Shown here in pieces: positions 10,170-20,051 of a stretch of 20,051 nt of DNA. A program made the translations under genes and the position numbers. Under the pieces are notes generated by a model. The model made no database searches. It was not told the origin of the DNA and saw only the letters and a list, made by a program, of their open reading frames with translations. Positions within the stretch are counted from its first letter, which is position 1. The number at the start of each line of letters is the position of its first letter. This DNA is from Octopus sinensis (lineage: Eukaryota). The DNA lies in contig NW_021824037.1 in the NCBI RefSeq assembly GCF_006345805.1, forward strand, positions 1 through 20,051, in the 5' to 3' direction.

Positions 10170-10394
10170 GGTACCTTTACGGAGTAAGAGAGAGAAGCTA
10201 AGCCTGAAGTGTGGAGGAGATGATGAGCAGGGATATGACCACCTCTGCTGACTCACTAATGGAAGGGTTTTACAGTTCAGGGTTGAAACACCTAACGATT
10301 GTTGGATACTATCTGATGGTAACCATTCCTGTTGGTGAAAGCGCTATTCTGTCTGGTGAGTGGTAAAGAAACACCTTCTAAGTGTTATCAATAA

Positions 10395-10995
<601 letters not shown>

Positions 10996-11482
10996 TATAC
11001 ATGCACAAACAAGCACAGATATATGTATGTTTATCTATCTAATTACCATCAACTTTGCATAACTGACCCTCCCACTGTATCAATACAGTCTCATAGATTT
11101 CTTAATCCTTTTCTTTGTCTTTTTCTTCTCCTTCTATTCATATTTTGATTGTCATGTTTCTCCAATATTTTCTCTATATTTTTCTGTACCATTTCCAACA
11201 TTTTCAGTATATATATTGTTATTTATTTCTATAATATATTTTCTATCCTCACTAAATTTCCCTATTTTCTCCATTATTTTTGCGTAATTCCATTTTCCAT
11301 CATATCTCTGACTTTTATCGCAGTTGCTTCCAACCTCTGACCATTCCTCAAAATCAGCTTCCTTGATGCTGAGATTTTTCCCTCCTTCTTCCTTTGATAC
11401 ATTCTAATTGTCTTGTCATATATTTTTAATCTCGATACTTAACTGTTTTAATTTCTAGTACTCTTAACTATTATTTTTTTTG

Positions 11483-11520
11483 TAAGGCAGCAAGCTGGCT
11501 GAATCATTAGTGTGCTGGAC
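11483..11520 (+). mobile_element. SINE family 2, 5' stub truncated by the family A element
   Basis: TAAGGCAGCAAGCTGGCTGAATCATTAG matches the family 2 start; the family A tail follows directly. Confidence 0.6.
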
Positions 11521-11769
11521 ATTATTTACATTTGATGGATATTTGTCCTCTCCTATTTGTTGTTAACACAACGTTTCGACTGATATACCCTCCAGCCTTC
11601 ATCAGGTGTCTTGGGGAACTTTCGAACCTGGGTTCTCATTCCTAAGGTATTTCTTCTTCTTCTTCTTCTTCTTATTATTATTATTATTCAGGTCGCTGCC
11701 TGGAATCGATCTCGGAATCTTGAGGGTAGTAGCCTGCGCTCTTAACCACTACACCATATGCCCACGAGC
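11521..11769 (-). mobile_element. Full family A element: tRNA-like head + (AAT)n(AAG)n linker + HHR-bearing body
   Basis: Minus strand: GGGCATA-TGGTGTAGTGG (A box, 11746-11756)...GAGATCGATTCCA (B-box-like, 11701-11713), simple-repeat linker 11651-11688, body with HHR, tail AAATGTAAATAAT. Confidence 0.85.
11565..11610 (-). ncRNA. Type-I hammerhead ribozyme motif, family A, core intact
   Basis: GACAC-CTGATGA-A-GGCTG-GAGGGTATAT-CAGTC-GAAA-CGTT-GTGTT: all core nucleotides present, minimal palindromic stem III (AACGTT), GUU triplet. Confidence 0.8.
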
Positions 11770-11790
11770 ATATAATAATGATAATAATAA

Positions 11791-14700
11791 TAACATAAAA
11801 AAATACCGAGGAATGAGAACACAGGTTCAAAATTTCCCCAAGATACCTGATGAAGGCTGGAGGGTGATAACATCAAAAAATACCTAGGAATGAGAACACA
11901 GGTTCAAAATTTCCCCAAGATACCTGATGAAGGCTGGAGGGTGATAATATCAAAAAATACCTAGGAATGAGAACGCAAGTTCAAAATTTCCCCAAGATAC
12001 CTGATGAAGGCTGGAGGGTGATAATATCAAAAATACCTAGGAATGAGAACACAGGTTCCAAAATTTCCCAAGATACCTGATGAAGGCTGGAGGGTGATAA
12101 TATCAAAAAATACCTAGGAATGAGAAACAGGTTCAAAAATTTCCCCAAGATACCTGATGAAGGCTGGGGGTGATAATATCAAAAAAATACCTAGAATGAG
12201 AACACAGGTTCAAAATTTCCCCAAGATACCTGATGAAGGCTGGAGGGTGATAATATCAAAAAATACCTGGGAATGAGAACACAGGTTCAAAATTTCCCCA
12301 AGATACCTGATGAAGGCTGGAGGGTGATAATATCAAAAAATACCTAGGAATGAGAACACAGGTTCAAAATTTCCCCAAGATACCTGATGAAGGCTGGAGG
12401 GTGATAATATCAAAAAATACCTAGGAATGAGAACACAGGTTCAAAATTTCCCCAAGATACCTGATGAAGGCTGGAGGGTGATAATATCAAAAAATACCTA
12501 GGAATGAGAACACAGGTTCCAAAATTTCCCCAAGATACCTGATGAAGGCTGAGGGTGAGAAACATCAAAAAATACCTAGGAATGAGAACACAAGTTCAAA
12601 ATTTCCCCAAGATACCTGAAGGCTGGAGGGTGATAATATCAAAAAATACCTAGGAATGAGAACACAAGTTCAAAATTTCCCCAAGATACCTGATGAAGGC
12701 TGGAGGGTGATAATATCAAAAAAATACCTAGGAATGAAACCACAAGTTCAAAATTTCCCCAAGATACCTGATGAAGGCTGGAGGTGTGATAACATCAAAA
12801 AAATACCTGGAATGAGAACACAAGTTCAAAATTCCCCAAGATACTGAGGATTGGAGGTGATAATATCAAAAAATACTAGGAATGAGAACACAAGTTCAAA
12901 ATTTCCCAAGATACCTGATGAAGGCTGGAGGGTGATAATATCAAAAAATACCTAGGAATGAGAACACAAGTTCAAAATTTTCCCAAGATACCTGATGAGG
13001 CTGGAGGGGATAACATCAAAAAATACCTAGGAATGAGAACACAAGTTCAAAATTCCCCAAGATACCTGAAGCGCTGGAGGGTGATATATATCAAAAAATA
13101 ACCTAGGAATGAGAACACAAGTTCAAAATTTCCCCAAGATACCTGATGAAGGCTGGAGGGTGATAATATCAAAAAATACCTAGGAATGAGAACACAGGTC
13201 AAAATTTCCCCAAGATACCTGATGAAGGCTGGAGGGTGATAACATCAAAAAAATACCTAGGAATGAGAACACAAGTTCAAAATTTCCCAAGATACTGAAG
13301 GCTGGAGGGTGATAATATCAAAAAAACTAGGAATGAGAACACAAGTTCAAAATTTCCCCAAGATACCTGAAGGCTGAGGGTGATAATATCAAAAAGTACC
13401 TAGGAATGAGAACACAAGTTCAAAAATTTCCCAAGATACCTGATGAGGCTGGAGGGTGATAATATCAAAAAAATACCTAGGAATGAGAACACAAGTTCAA
13501 AATTTCCCCAAGATACCTGATGAAGGCTGGAGGGTGATAACATCAAAAAATACCTAGGAATGAGAACACAAGTTCAAAATTTCCCCAAGATACCTGAAGG
13601 CTGGAGGGTGATAATATCAAAAAATACCTAGGAATGAGAACACAAGTTCAAAATTTCCCCAAGATACCTGATGAAGGCTGGAGGGTGATAATATCAAAAA
13701 ATACCTAGGAATGAGAACACAGGTTCAAAATTTCCCCAAGATACCTGATGAAGGCTGGAGTGATAATATCAAAAAATACCTAGGAATGAGAACACAGGTT
13801 CAAAATTTCCCCAAGATACCTGATGAAGGCTGGAGGGTGATAAATATCAAAAATACCTAGGAATGAGAACACAAGTTCAAAAATTCCCCAAGATACTGAT
13901 GAAGGCTGGAGGGTGATAATATCAAAAAATACCTAGGAATGAGAACACAGTCAAAATTTCCCCAAGATACCGATGATGATGGAAGGCCAAGATTGGAGGG
14001 TGATAATATCAAAAAATACCTAGGAATGAGAACACAAGTTCAAAATTTCCCCAAGATACCTGAAGGCTGGAGGGTGATAATATCAAAAAATACCTAGGAA
14101 TGAGAACACAAGTTCAAAATTTCCCCAAGATACCTGATGAAGGCTGGAGGGTGATAACATCAAAAAATACCTAGGAATGAGAACACAAGTTCAAAATTTC
14201 CCCAAGATACCTGAAGGCTGGAGGGTGATAATATCAAAAAATACCTAGGAATGAGAACACAAGTTCAAAATTTCCCCAAGATACCTGATGAAGGCTGGAG
14301 GGTGATAACATCAAAAAATACCTAGGAATGAGAACACAAGTTCAAAATTTCCCCAAGATACCTGAAGGCTGGAGGGTGATAATATCAAAAAATACCTAGG
14401 AATGAGAACACAAGTTCAAAATTTCCCCAAGATACCTGATGAAGGCTGGAGGGTGATAACATCAAAAAATACCTAGGAATGAGAACACAAGTTCAAAATT
14501 TCCCCAAGATACCTGAAGGCTGGAGGGTGATAATATCAAAAAATACTAGGAATGAGACACAAGTTCAAAATTTCCCCAAGATACCTGAAGGCTGGAGGGT
14601 GATAATATCAAAAAATACCTAGGAATGAGAACACAAGTTCAAAATTTCCCCAAGATTACCTGAAGGCTGGAGGGTGATAATATCAAAAAATACCTAGGAA

Positions 14701-16432
14701 TGAGAACACAAGTTCAAAATTTCCCAAGATACCTGAAGGCTGGAGGGTGATAATATCAAAAAATACCTAGGAATGAGAACACAAGTCAAAATTTCCCCAA
14801 GATACCTGATGAAGGCTGGAGGGTGATAATATCAAAAATACCTAGGAATGAGACACAAGTTCAAAATTTCCCCAAGATACCTGATGAAGGCTGGAGGGTG
14901 ATAATATCAAAAAATACTAGGAATGAGAACACAAGTTCAAAATTTCCCCAAGATACCTGATGAAGGCTGGAGGGTGATAATATCAAAAAAATACCTAGGA
15001 ATGAGAACACAAGTTCAAAATTTCCCAAGACACCTGATGAAGGCGGAGGGTGATAATATCAAAAAATACCTAGGAATGAGAAACACAAGTTCAAAATTTC
15101 CCCAAAGATACCTGAAGGCTGGAGGGTGATAATATCAAAAAATACCTAGGAATGAGAACACAAGTTCAAAATTTCCCCAAGATACCTGATGAAGGCTGGA
15201 GGGTGATAACATCAAAAAATACCTAGGAATGAGAACACAAGTTCAAAATTTCCCCAAGATACCTGAAGGCTGGAGGGTGATAATATCAAAAAATACCTAG
15301 GAATGAGAACACAAGTTCAAAATTTCCCCAAGATACCTGAAGGCTGGAGGGTGATAATATCAAAAAATACCTAGGAATGAGAACACAAGTTCAAAATTTC
15401 CCCAAGATACCTGATGAAGGCTGGAGGGTGATAATATCAAAAAATACCTAGGAATGAGAACACAAGTTCAAAATTTCCCCAAGATACCTGATGAAGGCTG
15501 GGGGTGATATATCAAAAAAATACCTAGGAATGAGAACACAAGTTCAAAATTTCCCCAAGATACCTGATGAAGGCTGGAGGGTGATAATATCAAAAAATAC
15601 CTAGGAATGAGAACACAAGTTCAAAATTTCCCCAAGATACCTGATGAAGGCTGGAGGGTGATAATATCAAAAAATACCTAGGAATGAGAACACAAGTTCA
15701 AAATTTCCCCAAGATACCTGATGAAGGCTGGAGGGTGATAATATCAAAAAATACCTAGGAATGAGAACACAAGTTCAAAATTTCCCCAAGATACCTGATG
15801 AAGGCTGGAGGGTGATAATATCAAAAAATACCTAGGAATGAGAACACAAGTTCAAAATTTCCCCAAGATACCTGATGAAGGCTGGAAGGTGTAATATCAA
15901 AAAAATACCTAGGAATGAGAACACAAGTTAAAAATTTACCCAAGATACCTGAAGGCTGGAGGGTGATAAATATCAAAAAATAAACCTAGAATGAGAAACA
16001 CAAGTTCAAAATTTCCCCAAGATACCTGATGAAGGCTGGAGGGTGATAATATCAAAAAATACCTAGGAATGAGAAACACAAGTTCAAAATTTCCCAAGAT
16101 ACCTGATGAAGGCTGGAGGGTGATAATATCAAAAAAATACCTAGGAATGGAACACAAGTTCAAATTTCCCCAAGATACCTGATGAAGACTGGAGGGTGAT
16201 AATACATCAAAAAATACCTAGGAATGAGAACACAAGTTCAAAAATTTCCCCAAGATACCTGATGAAGACTGGAGGGTGATAATATCAAAAAATACCTAGG
16301 AATGAGAACACAGTTCAAAAATTTCCCCAAGATACCTGATGAAGGCTGGAGGGTGATAATATCAAAAAATACCTAGGAATGAGAACACAAGTTCAAAATT
16401 TCTCCAAGACACCTGATGAAGGCTGGAGGGTG
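11791..16432 (+). repeat. Tandem array of about 60 units of ~77 bp (74-78) derived from the family A body
   Basis: Consensus GAATGAGAACACAAGTTCAAAATTTCCCCAAGATACCTGATGAAGGCTGGAGGGTGATAATATCAAAAAATACCTAG. Matches the inverted element body AATACCTTAGGAATGAGAACCCAGGTTCGAAAGTTCCCCAAGACACCTGATGAAGGCTGGAGGGT. Unit count is estimated from span divided by period. Confidence 0.97.
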
Positions 16433-16453
16433 TATCAGCCGAAACGTTGTGTT
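16408..16453 (+). ncRNA. Type-I hammerhead ribozyme motif, family A, best copy; predicted cleavage after 16448
   Basis: GACAC(16408-12) CTGATGA(16413-19) A GGCTG(16421-25)...CAGCC(16436-40) GAAA(16441-44) CGTT GTGTT(16449-53); stem II is fully Watson-Crick. Confidence 0.82.
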
Positions 16454-16517
16454 AACAACAAACAAGATGAGGACAAATATCCGTCAAATGTAAATAATGT
16501 AAATAATGTAAATAATG
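16454..16517 (+). mobile_element. Family A 3' tail with (AATGTAAAT)x3 terminal repeat
   Basis: AACAACAAACAAGATGAGGACAAATATCCGTC then a 9-bp unit three times at 16487-16513. Confidence 0.8.
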
Positions 16518-16545
16518 AACATTTGTACTATTCTATACTTTATAA

Positions 16546-16890
16546 GGCACCTGGCGCAATGGTTAGAACTTTGGGCTCACAATCATGAGGTAGTGAGTTC
16601 AATTCCCACACTGGGCTGTGTGCTGTGTTCTTGAGCAAGACACTTTATTTCATGTTGCTCCAGTTCACCAAGCTGTAGAAATGAATTGTGACATCACTGG
16701 TTCCAAGCTGTGTCAACCCCCTTTGCCTTAACCTTGGGCAACATCGGTGGCAGGTGAGGTGAGGTGAGGTTCTCAAGTAGTGGTGGGACATATTGATGCA
16801 CGCTGCTGGTCTTCCATGAACCTTACCTGGAATTGTGCCTCAGATGAGAACTTTTCTAGGTGCAATCCCATGGTCATTCATGACCGAAGA
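16546..16890 (+). mobile_element. tRNA-derived SINE family 3, diverged copy
   Basis: TGGCGCAATGG, GAGTTCAATTCCC, TGTGTTCTTGAGCAAGACACTTTATTTC...CTAGGTGCAATCCCATGGTC...TGACCGAAG, collinear with 4079-4404. Confidence 0.88.
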
Positions 16891-17164
16891 GCACAAACAT
16901 AGCTGGGGGGGCGGAGGCAGTAGGGGCAGTCCACCTTGAACGGAACTTCTAAAGGGGCACCACCTTTGGGTCTACTGTAGGTAGTATGTGCTTTTGTGTG
17001 GTGTCCGGGGGTGGAAAATGGAAGGGCCGACCCAGGTGCGCACACTCTAGCTAGTGTCGAAGGCGGTTTCTTACCCTTTACCCTTTTAATAAACATTAAT
17101 GAAATACTGAAAACTTTCTTAGTATTTTATGTTTTATAAAGCATGCAAGTGTTTCGATATATAT

Positions 17165-17572
17165 GAGTGGCTGTGTGGTAAGTAAGCTTGCTTACCAACC
17201 ACATGGTTCCAGGTTCAATCCCACTGCGTGGCATCTTGGGCAAGTGTCTTCTACTATAGCCTTGGGCCAACCAAAGCCTTGTGAGTGGATTTGGTAGACA
17301 GAAACTGAAAGAAGCCCGTTGTATATATGTATATATATCTATGTGTGTGTGTATGTTTGTGTGTCTGTGTTTGTCACCCCCTAGCATTGCTTGACAACCG
17401 ATGCTGGTGTGTTTACGTCACCGTCACTTAGTGGTTCGTCAAAAGATATATCGATAGAATAAGTACTGGGCTTACAAAGAATAAGTCCCGGGGTCGATTT
17501 GCTTGACTAAAAGGCGGTGCTCCAGCATGGCCGCAGTCAAATGACTGAAAACAAGTAAAAGAGTAAAAGAGA
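17165..17572 (+). mobile_element. SINE family 1, full composite copy
   Basis: Head, body, internal TA/TG tract, 3' module (AGAATAAGTCCCGGGGTCGATTTG...CCAGCATGGCCGCAGTCAAATGACTG) and (AGTAAAAG) tail. Confidence 0.92.
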
Positions 17573-17692
17573 GCATGTACTGTGCCTTTGGCAACAGATC
17601 AAGTTACAATAGGTTATTACGCAAGATTAGAATCCTGGGCCTGCTTTCCCATTCTGATGCAGACAAACTCACTCAACTGGGGAGAAACCATG

Positions 17693-17800
17693 TAGGCGGT
17701 GAGCTGGCGAAAACATTAGCATGCCAGGTGAAATGCTGAGCAGTATTTCGTCCGTCTATATGGTTCTGAGTTCAAATTCCGCCGAGGCCGACTTTGCCTT
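17693..17800 (+). mobile_element. SINE family 2, 5' half
   Basis: TAGGCGGTGAGCTGGCGAAAAC...GTTCTGAGTTCAAATTCCGCCGAGGCCGACTTTGCCTT. Confidence 0.85.
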
Positions 17801-17884
17801 ATCACACACACACATGCATATCACACACATGTATGAATGTACTTATATCGATTAAAGCTGTTACGTGTTTCTACTACTCAGTCT

Positions 17885-18056
17885 TCTATCTATCTATCTA
17901 TCTACCTACCTACCTACTTGCCTACCTACCTATCTATCTATCTATCTATCTATAAATATATATATATATTCATCTATCTATCTATTTATCTATCTATCTA
18001 TCTGTCTATCTATCTATCTATCTATCTATCTGTCTATCTATCTATCTATCTATCTG

Positions 18057-18099
<43 letters not shown>

Positions 18100-18108
18100 G
18101 TCTATCTG

Positions 18109-18154
<46 letters not shown>

Positions 18155-18190
18155 AACCTATCTATCTACCAATCTATCTATCTATCTACC
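17885..18190. repeat. (TCTA)n tetranucleotide microsatellite
   Basis: About 300 bp of TCTA/CCTA/TCTG units. Confidence 0.96.
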
Positions 18191-18315
18191 TCTTTTTCCA
18201 TTTGCCTGACTCCATATCTATCTCACTATCTGTTTCAACCTCTACACACTCACATACCTGCACATGTGATGTAAATGTCCTTCTCTTTTTCCAACACACA
18301 CACATACACACACGC

Positions 18316-18358
<43 letters not shown>

Positions 18359-18721
18359 GGAGAATCGGAATGCAAAAAGTGTGTTACTGGACCAATAACT
18401 AGAAATTTATGTCTACTTAGTCCACACATTATCCATAATTGAATGGACTAATTACTTTGAGGAGACATACTCTTCGTCTTCCTTGTACTAAAGTACCTAC
18501 ACATTACATGGTTTTCTTTCTTTTTTTTATGTTATTTGTTGTATGCCACCTGCTACCTATAATTCTATACGTGCATTGAGATTTTCTTGTATACACACAC
18601 ATACACACACAAAGATATATGAATGTGTGTGTGTGTGAGCACGCACATATGTGTATGTGCCTGTGTGTGAGTATTTTGATAGATATTGTTATAGATACAA
18701 AGACACAGACATATGTGTGGT

Positions 18722-18882
18722 GCAGGAGTGGCAGTGTGGTAAGTAGCTTGCTTACCAACCACACGCTTCTGGGTTCAGTCCCACTGCGTGGTACCTTGGG
18801 CAAGTGTCTTCTACTATAGCCTACGGCAACCAAAGCCTTGTGAGTGTATTTGATAGACGGAAATTGAAAGAAGCCCGTCATA

Positions 18883-18923
<41 letters not shown>

Positions 18924-19102
18924 GTGTGTGTATATGTTTGTCCTCCCAACATCGCTTGACTACCGATGGTGGTGTGCTTACATCCCTGTAACTTAGTGGT
19001 TTGGCAAAAGAGACCAATAGAATAAGTACTAGGCTTACAAAGAATAAGTCCTGGGTCAATTTACTCGACTAAAGGTGGTGCTCCAGCATGGCCGCAGTCA
19101 AA
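18722..19102 (+). mobile_element. SINE family 1, composite copy
   Basis: Collinear with 17165-17540. Confidence 0.92.
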
Positions 19103-19343
19103 GATGTTGGGGTGACAAACACAGACACACAAACACATACACACGTACATTTATATATATACATATATACATATATACGACGGGCTTCTTTCAGTTTCCG
19201 TCTACCAAATCCACTCACAAGGCTTTGGTCGGCCCGAGGCTATAGTAGAAGACACTTGCCCAAGATGCCACGCAGCGGGACTGAACCCAATACCATGTGG
19301 TTGGTAAAGCAAGCTACTTACCACACAGCCACTCCCACGCCTA
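19103..19343 (-). mobile_element. SINE family 1, inverted copy abutting the previous one
   Basis: Reverse complement of the head, body and TA/TG tract of 18722-18950. Confidence 0.92.
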
Positions 19344-19404
19344 TGAGAGAATCTATTTTTCAGTGGGTCAACTTTTTTCTATTTTTCTGTCTTTATGTCT
19401 TGCA

Positions 19405-20051
19405 TGTATGTATGCGTGTGTGTTTGTGTGTGTGTGTGTGTGTGTTTTTCTGTTTTCTGCATCTGAGTATGTATATGTGTATGCTTGTGTGAGTATGTGT
19501 GGTGTGTGTGTGTACGCGTGTGTGTGTATGTATATGTGTATGCGTGTGTGTGTGTGCATATGTGTGTATGTATGTGTGTGTGTATGAGTGTTTTATCTAT
19601 TTTCTGCACCTGAGTGTGTGTATGTATGTATATGTATGTGTGTATGCGTGTGTGTATGTGTGTGTGAATGCGTGTGTGAGTGTATGTGTGTGTGTGTGAG
19701 TGCGTTTTATCTATTTTTTGCATCTGAGTGTGTGTATGTATGTATATGTGTATGTATGTGTGTGTGTGTGTGTGTGTGTCTATGCATGTGTGTGTGTTTT
19801 TTAATCTATTCAACTATTTTCTGTATATGTGTGTTCATGTATGTGTGTGTATGTGTGTACGTGAGTGTGTTTTATCTATTTTCTGCATCTGAATGTGTGC
19901 GTGTGTGTGTGCGTGTATGTATGTGTGTATGCGCCTGTGTGTGTAATTGCATGCGTGAGCGTGAGTGTGTGTCTATATATGTCTCTATGGCAGTGTGTGC
20001 ATGTGTGAATGTCTGTTTTATCTATTTATCTATTTTCTGTATGTGTGTGCG
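19405..20051. repeat. TG-rich irregular minisatellite with a recurring ~25-bp motif
   Basis: TTTATCTATTTTCTGCA(T/C)CTGAGTGTGTG variants near 19446, 19591, 19706, 19800, 19870 and 20017, separated by (TG)-type tracts. Confidence 0.8.

Noticed and set aside
13971-13995. Garbled unit and many 1-bp homopolymer indels in the array as biological variants
   Set aside because: The pattern is typical of poorly polished long-read consensus and cannot be trusted without reads.
11791-16432. CRISPR array
   Set aside because: Units are contiguous near-identical repeats with no unique spacers, there are no cas genes, and the context is eukaryotic.
11791-16432. Canonical tandem retrozyme producing circular RNA monomers
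   Set aside because: Monomers lack GAAA and the cleavage site, and the unit boundary does not coincide with the cleavage position.
12656-16588. Repetitive protein MRTQVQNFPKIPDEGWRVIISKKYLG
   Set aside because: The modal unit is 77 bp, not a multiple of 3; frames persist only where a homopolymer gains a base.

Overview
AT-rich, microsatellite-saturated eukaryotic non-coding DNA. The SINE families match my recollection of Octopus (coleoid cephalopod) repeats; this is recognition, not a database result. No intact protein-coding gene is supported, and almost all supplied ORFs are translations of simple repeats. The window holds many tRNA-derived SINE copies of three families, one decayed R4/Dong-type non-LTR retrotransposon fragment (restriction-like endonuclease region), short palindromic elements, and a ~4.6 kb array of about 60 copies of a ~77-bp unit. 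The most notable signal is a set of minimal type-I hammerhead ribozyme (HHR) motifs (CUGANGA...GAAA with stems I-III) in three apparently unrelated small repeat families. One is a tRNA-headed SINE-like element with an HHR in its 3' part. The 77-bp array is built from the 5' half of that same HHR, ends in a complete HHR, and sits head-to-head with an inverted full copy of the element.
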